64,000 nucleotides of DNA, taken from the NCBI GenBank assembly GCA_963775555.1, contig CAVZJJ010000004.1:30814-94813 (forward strand). The letters run 5' to 3'. The notes under the pieces are model-generated. The model was not told the DNA's origin. It saw nothing but the letters and a program-made list of their open reading frames with translations, and searched no databases. The translations under genes and the position numbers were made by a program. This DNA comes from an uncultured Bacteroidota bacterium. Its GTDB lineage: Bacteria > Bacteroidota > Bacteroidia > AKYH767-A > 2013-40CM-41-45. This document shows, in pieces, positions 42,901-44,266 of the stretch; position 1 is the stretch's first letter; each line of letters begins with the position of its first letter.

Positions 42901-44266
42901 TACAACTTCCAGTTCAACGGTGGATGTTTGCGATTCGTATACCTGGAATGGAACTACCTACACAGCATCAGGAGTCTATACCTTTAGTTCAACGAATGCA
43001 GCAGGTTGTGATTCTACAGCCACTCTGAACTTTACCATCCGTTATGCTAGCACATCAAGCTCAACAGTAGATGTTTGTGATTCATATTCGTGGAACGGAA
43101 CTACCTACACGGCATCAGGAACCTATACTTATTCCACGTTAAACGAAGTTGGTTGTGATTCAGCGGCTACATTGAACCTGACGATTCGATCTGCTACAAC
43201 TTCCATTTCAACAGTGGATGTATGTGACAGCTATACGTGGAACGGAACTACCTACACAGCATCAGGAACCTATATTTATTCAACGTTAAACGAAGTTGGA
43301 TGTGATTCAACGGCTACATTGGATCTGACAATTCGTTATGCATCCACTTCCAGTTCAACGGTGGATGTCTGTGACAGCTACACCTGGAACGGCACGACTT
43401 ACACTACATCGGGAGTTTATACATATAGCACGCTCAACGAAGCAGGTTGTGATTCAACAGCAACACTCAACCTTACAATTCGTAACAGCACATCTTCCAC
43501 AGAAACAATCACTGCCACCAACTCTTATACATGGCCTGTGAATGGAATTACTTACACAACAAGCGGCACCTATACACACACAGGTGTAAATCTTGCCGGT
43601 TGTTCGCATGTAAGCACCTTGATCCTGACCATTGATATAAACGGAGTTAATCTTGATCTGAAGTTATTCCTTGAAGGGTACATTGTCAGTTCCGGTCCAA
43701 CTATGATGTACAGCACCTTGTATGATCTTGAACAAGGAGGAATGCTGACCGGACCTTATAGCTTTGATGCTACCGATACTATTCAGGTGAATCTTTGGAC
43801 CGCTGCCAGTGTAGCACTTGGAAATCTTGATCCTGACTATTCAGAGAAGGTCATCCTTCACAACGATGGTTCGGCTTCAGTGAACTTCGCCACTGCCCCT
43901 GCCGGCGATTATTACATCGCGGTGAAACATAAGAACAGTATTGAGACCTGGAGCAGCCTTGAAGTGGCCCTGTCTTCTACAGCAATTCTATATGACTTCA
44001 GCGACCTGATCACACGTGCTTATGATGATGGCACAAACCCTCCTATGCAGAATGTGGGCGGTGTATTTGCATTCTACAGTGGAGATGTCAACCAGGATGG
44101 AACCGTGGATGCTGTGGATATGAATTATGTGTATAATGACAATAACCTTTCCCTCTACGATTACCTTATAACGGATTGTACAGGAGACGGTACGGCAGAT
44201 GCTGTGGACATGAACTATGTTTATAATAACAATAACCTGTCATTATACTATGCCCGTCCTTATTAA
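17759..44266 (+). CDS. main body of the giant multidomain surface protein (8,835 codons as given in the ORF track)
   Basis: An uninterrupted 26.5-kb frame. The ORF-track start is a TTG, and the first in-frame ATG is about 100 codons downstream. It has no signal peptide of its own, and its first residues continue the Fn3-like module expected after LamG3 of the upstream ORF. The domain order is listed in the sub-features. Confidence 0.9.
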   Translation: MISPADISTGINVSPTLSWNAAAGASSYQIQVSSVANFATTVYDQSGIAITSAVVSPALLNNTVYYWRVNASNASGTSAWSSVWSFTTTAAPSPLVCHLQMEEGSGSTLFDSSTYGNNGTTVGSPTWATGIFGQALSLNGSTQYATVADAASLDVSTSITLAAWIKPAGASNTTQYVIKKATQGTTNGYELSLSSAGKVFVRFNQFTSADTYRINSVSSYPLNSSAWMHIAATYDGTTMKLYVNGIQESGNLAGPAAIVTNTLPLGIGAQGDGVSKFNGLLDDVRVYNVALTLAEIQALASPPSPGLISPADLASGVALSPGLSWNASATATSYQVQVSTTSDFSSTVYDQSGIATTSTTVSPALLNNTVYYWRVNASNAFGTSAWSSVWSFTTAVAGPTTLVLQDGLNGYSGTRDTYIWETTPATPRGAETTFVQDINASDERRSLLLFDLSSIPSGASIQSAELQFYVDAEGEGFNMHRMLVPWDEATVCYTSIGNRHFAANSTDAESAVDINWPGNLGYTGFITITVPASTVQDWINGTMTNNGWLMIGTHATNGQQLRSREYATAGDRPKLTVIYSTAIVPLITISGTPLSAFSSQAGSPSTEQSYTVSGSNLTDSILITAPADFEISTILGGDYGPFITLYPSGNAVSSTTIYVRLNRSTGGASSGDITHTSNGATTQNVSLSGTTTETLPTVVLQDGLNGYSGTRDTYIWDSAPTTVRGAETTIVQDKNVSLNPLDERMSLLQFDLTSIPTGSVIQSAELQFYVSSEGQGFDMYRMLVPWDEATLTYASIGNRYFAADDVDAEAAANTSWPGVDTYTGYITVSVPASTIQDWIDGTLTNNGWLMIAIHNDDGQQLASRENATAANRPKLTVTYSSGIANVPPNQPVDPSPLDHVSSLSTSPNICATVSDPDGDHLQVQFYGRVKSGSTSNFTVVGLPDTQFYTEDPQGANSGGGGSNAIFKVQTQWIADHRLDSNIVFVTHLGDCAQNGDAKIIEWQRADTSMKKIEYPNVPITDGIPFGICVGNHDQGTIGNPDGNTTYYNQFFGQVRFTGRGYYGGHYGSNNDNHYQLFSAGGINFIHISIEYYVNGTTSSLQPVLDWADALLKTYSNRKAILSSHNMLGTGNPANFQGPGQKIYDDLKDNPNLILMLAGHVSGEGRRTDTYNGNTIHTLMADYQSGYSNGGNGYLRIMQFIPEENLLSVKTFSPYSNTSFTGASSEFTLPVNLTQGYALLGTNTNVTSGTSSCIQWPSLVQGQEYEWYVVVSDGEYSTTGPVWTFTANNVNPPIVTTEPISQSKCAGDAVSFISAASGDPVLTVQWQISTDNGTSWNDTTGATNPTLTFTTTASDNGKQYRAIWSNGSGKDTTLAVVLTIHPAIIVSNVSHSAIICNGGTATVTITAGGGTAPLAYTFNGVGPQASNIFTGISAGAAYVYSVSDANNCDPATGTFDVLEPAAIISSTTITACDSSEWNGVFYTSSGSYTTTGLISSAGCDSSATVVLTINNSTSSSLSVTATNTYTWSANSVTYTASGTYTAVSTNGVGCTQTDTLILIINGNFGSNISDENALTGNPPSEWDNISGAGDLSIQGFATDISVNRGNQVRFKINTDASAYTINIYRLGYYQGNGARWVGTGVVTATLPQTQPADLYDPVTALTDCGNWDESAHWDVPSNAVSGVYIARLERADNNGASHIIFIVRDDSGNADILFKTSDATWQAYNGYGGNSLYPPGVGASGPPALNHASKVSYNRPFYTRAGGGGSSAAEDWVFNAEYPMIRWLERNCYNVSYSTDVDMDRDASPITPSIHKILLSVGHDEYWSAAERTKFENARNSGVHLAFLSGNEIYWKTRWENSIDASNTPHRTLVCYKEGTLGENVCGTKCDPLSTEWTGLWRDGCAYPGADGCNPENALTGQISWVGSTGAITVPDTYKAFRFWRNTSIASLGIGQTATLSANTLGYEWDPASTNGKYPYGRILLSNTSLSQTHNLSLYRHSSGAVVFGAGTVQWSWGLDGVHDMGSSTEDVRMQQATINLFADMGVTPACIQAGLVANSPTDVTAPLSVISSPVNTDTLTDGNTVSIIGTASDVDGVVAGVEVSFDGGTTWNLAIGTTSWTYSWTPTTLGATTIHSRAYDDNGNMEATGTAPSANAINVIITTGPAVACPCSIFQPSDTPVNLNGNDGNAIEVGTKFNSSENGYVTGVRFYKAAGDNGTHIGNLWTGTGTILGSVTFTGETASGWQEMSFGSPIAINADTTYVISYHSSANYYTFTQNYFASAVVNGFLKALADGEDGPNGVYTYSPSTAFPTSSYLKSNYWVDVVFDTSLAPDVTPPTVISVVPANNASSISINASVNGTFNEAIDPATLSASTFELRDPLNAIVNASVSYNAATRTATLTPSSALAYSTVYTANLIGGLTDPRIKDVAGNALAANYSWTFTTESAPPPPPSEGPGGPILVISDASNPFSRYPVEILRAEGLNEFYAMDISIVNAGVLLNYDVVILGEMTLGGAQVTMLTDWVNAGGVLIALRPDAQLSTLLGITVAGGSLADKYLLVNTATGPGVGIVNQTIQFHGAADQYNLNGATSLATLYSDASTTTVYPAVTTNDVGGNGGKAISFTYDLAKSVVYTRQGNPVWADQKRDGQTGPIRSDDQFFPDWIDFNKIAIPQADEQQHLLANIILKGNLHKKPLPRTWFLPKGLKAAVVMTGDDHGDAGMQPRFDINIAESNVGCSVEDWECIRSTGYLYVGTTFTNAQAIAYNNMGFEVALHVNTNCLNFTDTQFQSLITSQMGAFQSVYTGIPAPATNRNHCIAWSGYSMTAEVEAANGIRFDVNYYYWPASWINNRPGMFTGSGIPMRFAKTDGSIIDCYQGTTQMPDESGETFPAFINALLDKANGPEGYYGVFTTNMHFDNTNHADANAIVASAKARGIPVVSAKQMLDWLDGRNGSSFNSIQWSNNQLSFEVNAASGSRNMKGMVPTACENGNLNSITYNGGSLSYTTETIKGIQYAFFDATLGSGTYVADYSPDTTAPVISNIIATPHGNGTATITWDTDEQSTSWVDYAASPGTLSLNSSDPALVTSHSVTLTGLMQAQTYYFRVTSADFATNSTTSPVPPDSLSFTMPASPCASDQTSADFNGGTTVSNTLIIPDGDGAVSLSPALIEEFSGTSIPSGWTEGIFNAGGTTFSGGVVTVNGTHIYSNSNFGPGSSIEFAATYNLGDFQNVGFSDDQPFNNSPWVTIGQGLTPDGNVYARASDGSNINIGSSLLGTSHVYRINWNATNFEFYIDGNTTPAATINLTVASNMYLQISDVHSTDGVLSVDWIRLLPYATPGTFISRIFDAGSVKDWGIVSWTEDLPSGTTLQLSQRQSNSNVAILGASWTSIPFNGATIGGTSQYIQYKADFTTSNTAFTPVLMDVSIACTTPQDSPPTVTTDPLSQTKCDGETVSLVSGASGNPLPDVQWQVSTDNGLTWQDLISETNAVLTFTVSNSENGYQYRAIWTNTFGIDTSLSATLIVNAAPSATIIAANNPICPGGIVELQLTGATGASPYSIVVNGNTYSPVTAGTTFASLDPTEFSIWGNTGSPVNTSVNDGQDIEVGTKFRSTLSGYVNGVRFYKGLTNTATHVAHLWTSGGTLLATETFTSETASGWQEVRFTSPVPITANTTYIVSYFSPNPGNFAISAGFFASAGVTNGPLTALQAGIDGVNGVYAYGGGFPSGGNNANYWVDVLFSQIDLSMPLSFDLSSITDNNGCINTGSPLSNVTVTVNSLPEGTVSATPSTVCDGGVVNLTYTSTAGSGPFSLVINGITYPNIISGIPFSAGLASYSGTPASIWTPSTVGGTNVVDNTATELGIHFRSSLPGTISGIRFYKTGTDILTFTGSLWDLGNTTIPLATASILTDATPGWKQIDFPSPITIPANTTYMASYFSPSPNYYSYTSGGLSTPVVNAPLTAESSFYKQPGPGFPVSNSTANYWVDVVFNSATSISTFNLTSISGSAGCTSSGSPISSANVNVLNNSASSSSTPITACDLYTWNGVAHNASGTYTTTGLTNSVGCDSSATVVLTINYSSTSSSTEDVCDTYTWNGNTYTVSGVYTFSSTNAAGCDSTATLNLTIRNSSTSATTEDVCDSYSWNGTTYTASGTYTYSTLNEVGCDSTATLNLTIRNSSTSSSTVDVCDSYTWNGTTYTTSGTYTYSTLNEVGCDSTATLNLTIRYASTSSSTVDVCDSYTWNGTTYTASGVYTFSSTNAAGCDSTATLNLTIRYATTSSSTVDVCDSYTWNGTTYTASGTYTYSMLNEAGCDSTATLNLTIRYASTSSSTVDVCDSYSWNGNTYTASGLYTFSSTNAAGCDSTATLNLTIRYATTSSSTVDVCDLYSWNGTTYTTSGTYTYSTLNEVGCDSTATLNLTIRYATTSSSTVDVCDSYTWNGTTYTTSGTYTYSTLNEVGCDSTATLNLTIRSATTSSSTVDVCDSYTWNGTTYIASGVYTYSTTNAAGCDSTATLNLTIRYATTSSSTEDVCDSYTWNGTTYTASGVYSYSTLNAAGCDSTATLNLTIRNSSTSATTEDVCDSYSWNGNIYTTSGTYTYSTLNEVGCDSTATLNLTIRSATTSSSTVDVCDSYTWNGTTYTTSGTYTYSTLNEVGCDSTVTLNLTIRYVTTSSSTVDVCDSYTWNGNNYTASGAYTYSTLNAAGCDSTATLNLTIRSATTSSSTVDVCDSYTWNGATYTASGTYTYSTLNEVGCDSTATLNLTIRNSSTSSSTVDVCDSYTWNGTTYTTSGTYTYSTLNEVGCDSTATLDLTIRYATTSSSTVDVCDSYTWNGTTYTASGVYTFSSTNAAGCDSTATLNLTIRYATTSSSTVDVCDSYTWNGTTYTASGTYTYSTLNEAGCDSTATLNLTIRYASTSSSTVDVCDSYSWNGTTYTASGTYTYSTLNDVGCDSTATLNLTIRYASTSSSTVDVCDSYTWNGNTYTASGTYTYSTLNEVGCDSTATLNLTIRSATTSSSTVDVCDSYSWNGTTYTASGVYTFSSTNAAGCDSTATLNLTIRYASTSSSTVDVCDSYTWNGTTYTASGVYTFSSTNAAGCDSTATLNLTIRYATTSSSTVDVCDSYTWNGATYTASGTYTYSSLNEVGCDSTATLNLTIRYASTSSSTVDVCDSYTWNGTTYTASGTYTYSTLNEVGCDSTATLNLTIRYATTSSSTVDVCDSYTWNGTTYTASGTYTYSTLNEVGCDSTATLNLTIRNSSTSSTTEDVCDSYTWNGTTYTTSGTYTYSTLNEVGCDSTATLNLTIRNSSTSATTEDVCDSYSWNGTTYTTSGTYTYSTLNEAGCDSTATLDLTIRYASTSSSTVDVCDSYSWNGTTYTASGIYTYSTLNEVGCDSTATLDLTIRYASTSSSTVDVCDSYTWNGTTYTTSGVYTYSTLNEAGCDSTATLNLTIRYATTSSSTEDVCDSYTWNSTTYTTSGVYTYSTLNEAGCDSTATLNLTIRYATTSSSTEDVCDSYTWNGTTYIASGVYTYSTTNAAGCDSTATLNLTIRYATTSSSTEDVCDSYTWNGTTYTASGVYSYSTLNAAGCDSTATLNLTIRYASTSSSTVDVCDSYSWNGTTYTASGVYTFSSTNEAGCDSTATLNLTIRNSSTSATTEDVCDSYSWNGTTYTVSGTYTYSTLNEVGCDSTATLNLTIRYATTSSSTVDVCDSYSWNGITYTATGTYTYSTLNEVGCDSTATLNLTIRSATTSSSTVDVCDSYTWNGTTYTTSGTYNYSTLNEVGCDSTATLNLTIRSATTSSSTVDVCDSYTWNGTTYTTSGVYTFSSTNAAGCDSTATLNLTIRNSSTSATTEDVCDSYSWNGTTYTASGVYSYSTLNEAGCDSTATLNLTIRNSSTSSSTVDVCDSYSWNGNTYTASGVYTFSSTNAAGCDSTATLNLTVRYATTSSSTVDVCDSYTWNGTTYTASGVYTYSTLNEAGCDSTATLNLTIRYASTSSSTEDVCDSYTWNGTTYIASGVYTYSTTNAAGCDSTATLNLTIRYASTSSSTVDVCDSYTWNGTTYTTSGTYTYSTLNEVGCDSTATLNLTIRNSSTSATTEDVCDSYSWNGTTYTASGTYTYSTLNEVGCDSTATLNLTIRYATTSSSTVDVCDSYTWNGTTYTASGTYTYSTLNEVVCDSTATLNLTIRNSSTSATTEDLCDSYTWNGNTYTASGTYTYSTLNEVGCDSTATLNLTIRSATTSSSTVDVCDSYTWNGTTYTASGTYTYSTLNEVGCDSTATLNLAIRNSSTSSTTEDVCDSYTWNGTTYTTSGTYTYSTLNEVGCDSTATLNLAIRNSSTSSSTEDVCDSFTWNGTTYTVSGTYTYSTLNEVGCDSTATLNLTIRNSSTSSTTEDVCDSYTWNGTTYTASGVYTFSSTNAAGCDSTATLNLTIRYASTSSSTVDVCDSYSWNGNIYTTSGTYTYSTLNEAGCDSTATLDLTIRYASTSSSTVDVCDSYSWNGTTYTASGIYTYSTLNEVGCDSTATLDLTIRYASTSSSTVDVCDSYTWNGTTYTTSGVYTYSTLNEAGCDSTATLNLTIRYATTSSSTEDVCDSYTWNSTTYTTSGVYTYSTLNEAGCDSTETLNLTIRYATTSSSTEDVCDSYTWNGTTYIASGVYTYSTTNAAGCDSTATLNLTIRYATTSSSTEDVCDSYTWNGTTYTASGVYSYSTLNAAGCDSTATLNLTIRYASTSSSTVDVCDSYSWNGTTYTASGVYTFSSTNEAGCDSTATLNLTIRNSSTSATTEDVCDSYSWNGTTYTTSGTYTYSTLNEVGCDSTATLNLAIRYASTSSSTVDVCDSYTWNGTTYATSGVYTYSTTNAAGCDSTATLNLTIRYATTSSAIVDVCDSYTWNGTTYTTSGVYAYSTLNEAGCDSTATLNLTIRYASTSSATEDVCDSYTWNGTTYTASGVYTYSTLNEAGCDSTATLNLTIRYATTSSSTEDVCDSYTWNGTTYIASGVYTYSTTNAAGCDSTATLNLTIRYATTSSSTEDVCDSYTWNGTTYTASGVYSYSTLNAAGCDSTATLNLTIRYASTSSSTVDVCDSYSWNGTTYTASGVYTFSSTNEAGCDSTATLNLTIRNSSTSATTEDVCDSYSWNGTTYTVSGTYTHSTLNEVGCDSTATLDLTIRYATTSSSTVDVCDSYSWNGTTYTTSGTYTYSTLNEVGCDSTATLNLTIRSATTSSSTVDVCDSYTWNGTTYTASGTYTYSTLNEVGCDSTATLNLTIRSATTSSSTVDVCDSYSWNGTTYTASGVYTFSSTNSAGCDSTATLNLTIRSATTSSSTVDVCDSYTWNGTTYTASGIYTYSTLNEVGCDSTATLNLTIRSATTSSSTVDVCDSYSWNGTTYTASGTYTYSTLNEVGCDSTATLNLAIRNSSTSSSTVDVCDSYTWNGTTYTASRVYTFSSTNAAGCDSTATLNLTIRYATTSSSTVDVCDSYTWNGATYTASGTYTHSTLNEVGCDSTATLDLTIRYASTSSSTVDVCDSYSWNGTTYTASGVYTFSSTNAAGCDSTATLNLAIRNSSTSSSTEDVCDSYTWNGTNYTTSGTYTYSTLNEAGCDSTATLDLTIRYASTSSSTVDVCDSYSWNGTTYTASGIYTYSTLNEVGCDSTATLDLTIRYASTSSSTVDVCDSYTWNGTTYTTSGVYTYSTLNEAGCDSTATLNLTIRYATTSSSTEDVCDSYTWNSTTYTTSGVYTYSTLNEAGCDSTATLNLTIRYATTSSSTEDVCDSYTWNGTTYTTSGTYTYSTLNEVGCDSTATLNLTIRYVTTSSSTVDVCDSYTWNGNNYTASGAYTYSTLNEVGCDSTATLNLTIRSATTSSSTVDVCDSYTWNGTTYTASGLYTFSSTNAAGCDSTATLNLTIRYATTSSSTVDVCDSYTWNGTTYTASGTYTYSMLNEAGCDSTATLNLTIRYASTSSSTVDVCDSYSWNGNTYTASGLYTFSSTNAAGCDSTATLNLTIRYATTSSSTVDVCDLYSWNGTTYTTSGTYTYSTLNEVGCDSTATLNLTIRYATTSSSTVDVCDSYTWNGTTYTTSGTYTYSTLNEVGCDSTATLNLTIRSATTSSSTVDVCDSYTWNGTTYIASGVYTYSTTNAAGCDSTATLNLTIRYATTSSSTEDVCDSYTWNGTTYTASGVYSYSTLNAAGCDSTATLNLAIRNSSTSSSTVDVCDSYTWNGTTYTASGVYTFSSTNAAGCDSTATLNLAIRNSSTSSSTEDVCDSYTWNGTAYTASGVYTFSSTNAAGCDSTATLNLTIRYATTSSSTVDVCDSYTWNGNTYTASGTYTYSTLNEVGCDSTATLNLTIRYATTSSSTVDVCDSYTWNGATYTASGTYTYSTLNEVGCDSTATLNLTIRSATTSSSTVDVCDSYTWNGTTYTASGVYTFSSTNAAGCDSTATLNFTIRYASTSSSTVDVCDSYSWNGTTYTASGTYTYSTLNEVGCDSAATLNLTIRSATTSISTVDVCDSYTWNGTTYTASGTYIYSTLNEVGCDSTATLDLTIRYASTSSSTVDVCDSYTWNGTTYTTSGVYTYSTLNEAGCDSTATLNLTIRNSTSSTETITATNSYTWPVNGITYTTSGTYTHTGVNLAGCSHVSTLILTIDINGVNLDLKLFLEGYIVSSGPTMMYSTLYDLEQGGMLTGPYSFDATDTIQVNLWTAASVALGNLDPDYSEKVILHNDGSASVNFATAPAGDYYIAVKHKNSIETWSSLEVALSSTAILYDFSDLITRAYDDGTNPPMQNVGGVFAFYSGDVNQDGTVDAVDMNYVYNDNNLSLYDYLITDCTGDGTADAVDMNYVYNNNNLSLYYARPY
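18955..19500 (+). other. DNRLRE-like (CBM96-like) domain, copy 1
   Basis: VLQDGLNGYSGTRDTYIW...ERRSLLLFDLSSIPSGASIQSAELQFYV...HRMLVPWDEATVCY...NNGWLM...RPKLTVIY. This pattern matches the DNRLRE domain as I remember it. Confidence 0.6.
19845..20400 (+). other. DNRLRE-like domain, copy 2
   Basis: A paralogue of copy 1 (VLQDGLNGYSGTRDTYIW...ERMSLLQFDLTSIP...YRMLVPWDEATLTY...RPKLTVTY). Confidence 0.6.
20565..21410 (+). other. calcineurin-like metallophosphoesterase domain
   Basis: Motifs in the canonical order: GLPDTQ, HLGDCAQNGD, GNHD (20846-20857), SSHN and AGHVSGEG. Confidence 0.7.
21630..22135 (+). other. Ig-like domain followed by a SprB-repeat-like module
   Basis: PPIVTTEPISQSKCAGDAVSFISAASGDPVLTVQWQISTDNGTSW...YRAIWSN is Ig-like. 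It is followed by CNGGTATVTITAGGGTAPLAYTFNG...YSVSDANNC, which resembles a SprB repeat. Confidence 0.5.
22140..22440 (+). repeat. isolated two-unit copy of the Cys-pair repeat (founder-like module)
   Basis: The two units are ITACDSSEWNGVFYTSSGSYTTTGLISSAGCDSSATVVLTINNS and VTATNTYTWSANSVTYTASGTYTAVSTNGVGCTQTDTLILIING. They resemble the first and last units of the 94-unit array respectively. Confidence 0.75.
22445..23905 (+). other. N,N-dimethylformamidase beta-subunit-like domain
   Basis: ENALTGNPPSEWD...IQGFATDISVNRGNQVRFKINTDASAYTINIYRLGYYQGNGAR ... VGHDEYWS ... GNEIYWKTRWE ... GYEWD ... QQATINLFADMG. The pattern is as I remember it for this family, which often co-occurs with DUF4082. Confidence 0.55.
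24253..24735 (+). other. DUF4082 domain, copy 1
   Basis: IEVGTKFNSSENGYVTGVRFYKAAGDNGTHIGNLWTGTGTILGSVTFTGETASGWQEMSF..TTYVISYHS...NYWVDVVF. Confidence 0.7.
24740..25080 (+). other. bacterial Ig-like (Big_5 / SbsA-type) domain followed by a PPPPPS linker
   Basis: DVTPPTVISVVPANNASSISINASVNGTFNEAIDPATLSASTFELRD...VAGNALAANYSWTFTT. Confidence 0.6.
25110..26830 (+). other. central region of about 570 aa of unassigned fold (possible amidotransferase-like plus deacetylase/hydrolase-like parts)
   Basis: I recognise no secure motif. The segments GPILVISDASNPFSRYPVEILRAEG...DVVILGE and AAVVMTGDDHGDAG...ALHVNTNC...NHCIAW are only suggestive. Confidence 0.25.
26835..27095 (+). other. Fn3 domain
   Basis: DTTAPVISNIIATPHGNGTATITWDTDEQSTSWVDY...YYFRVTSADFATNSTTS. 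Confidence 0.6.
27130..27745 (+). other. ConA-like lectin/glucanase-type domain (tentative)
   Basis: The beta-rich segment ...IEFAATYNLGDFQNVGFSDD...HVYRINWNATNFEFYIDGN...LSVDWIRLLPY resembles the LamG/ConA-like fold. Confidence 0.35.
28030..28310 (+). other. Ig-like domain, second copy
   Basis: PPTVTTDPLSQTKCDGETVSLVSGASGNPLPDVQWQVSTDNGLTW...YRAIWTN. It is a paralogue of the domain at 21630. Confidence 0.5.
28487..28950 (+). other. DUF4082 domain, copy 2
   Basis: IEVGTKFRSTLSGYVNGVRFYKGLTNTATHVAHLWTSGGTLLATETFTSETASGWQEVRF...TTYIVSYFS...NYWVDVLF. Confidence 0.7.
29254..29700 (+). other. DUF4082 domain, copy 3
   Basis: ELGIHFRSSLPGTISGIRFYKTGTDILTFTGSLWDLGNTTIPLATASILTDATPGWKQIDF...TTYMASYFS...NYWVDVVF. 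Confidence 0.65.
30435..31435 (+). repeat. second higher-order block, copy 1 (units 5-10)
   Basis: Matches 41313-42313 (offset 10878 = 74 units) with only a handful of mismatches over about 1 kb. Confidence 0.8.
33700..34750 (+). repeat. 7-unit higher-order block, copy A (units 27-33)
   Basis: Near-identical to 37081-38106 (offset 3381 = 23 units, one mismatch seen at 37571). It is partly identical to 38561-39160 (offset 4410) and 40470-41041 (offset 6762). Confidence 0.85.
37081..38106 (+). repeat. 7-unit higher-order block, copy B (units 50-56)
   Basis: See copy A. About 1.0 kb of identity except for a single A-to-E codon change (CDSTETLNL). Confidence 0.85.
38561..39160 (+). repeat. partial higher-order block, copy C (units 60-63)
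   Basis: Identical by eye to 34151-34750 (offset 4410 = 30 units). Confidence 0.8.
40470..41041 (+). repeat. partial higher-order block, copy D (units 73-75)
   Basis: Matches 33708-34279 (offset 6762 = 46 units) with one mismatch seen. Confidence 0.8.
41313..42313 (+). repeat. second higher-order block, copy 2 (units 79-84)
   Basis: See 30435-31435. Confidence 0.8.
43640..44263 (+). other. C-terminal module of about 205 aa with two dockerin/EF-hand-like loops; no T9SS sorting domain recognised
   Basis: LKLFLEGYI...DYYIAVKHKNSIETWS...FYSGDVNQDGTVDAVDMNYVYN (44081-44125) and DCTGDGTADAVDMNYVYN (44181-44213). The protein ends ...LSLYYARPY. Confidence 0.6.

Larger units (their letters stand above)
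29815..43640 (+). repeat. in-frame tandem array: 94 units of 147 bp (49 aa)
   Basis: The first Cys codon recurs at 29993 + 147n (checked at 30140, 30287, 33815 and 33962). I counted 94 units in the translation, and 13.8 kb / 147 bp gives the same number. The consensus is TIR[YNS][AS][ST]TS[SA][ST]T[VE]DVCDSY[TS]WNG[TN]TYT[AT]SG[TV]YT[YF]S[TS][LT]N[EA][VA]GCDSTATLNL. Each unit is a 10-aa Ser/Thr linker plus a C-x25-C core. Confidence 0.95.
14851..44266 (+). other. inferred single gene of about 9,804 codons (956 before plus 8,848 after the frameshift)
   Basis: Rests on three things: the signal peptide is found only on the upstream ORF, the downstream ORF lacks a start codon and signal, and module periodicity is restored by deleting one base. 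It could be a sequencing error, a very recent mutation or recoding. Confidence 0.65.

Noticed and set aside
17967-43541. Dozens of 60-190-codon ORFs on both strands inside the giant gene (for example 27739-28308 minus, 20720-21061 minus, 19994-20338 minus, 43338-43541 plus)
   Set aside because: All are nested in the 26.5-kb frame, which has clear domain content. Their products are low-complexity mirror translations with no start context, so they are spurious.
29815-43640. Could the regular 147-bp repeat be a CRISPR array, satellite DNA or otherwise non-coding?
   Set aside because: The units are contiguous with no unique spacers. The period is a multiple of 3, the frame stays open through all 94 units, and divergence is mostly synonymous. 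It is coding tandem repeat DNA. The equality with nucleosomal DNA length is a coincidence in a bacterium.
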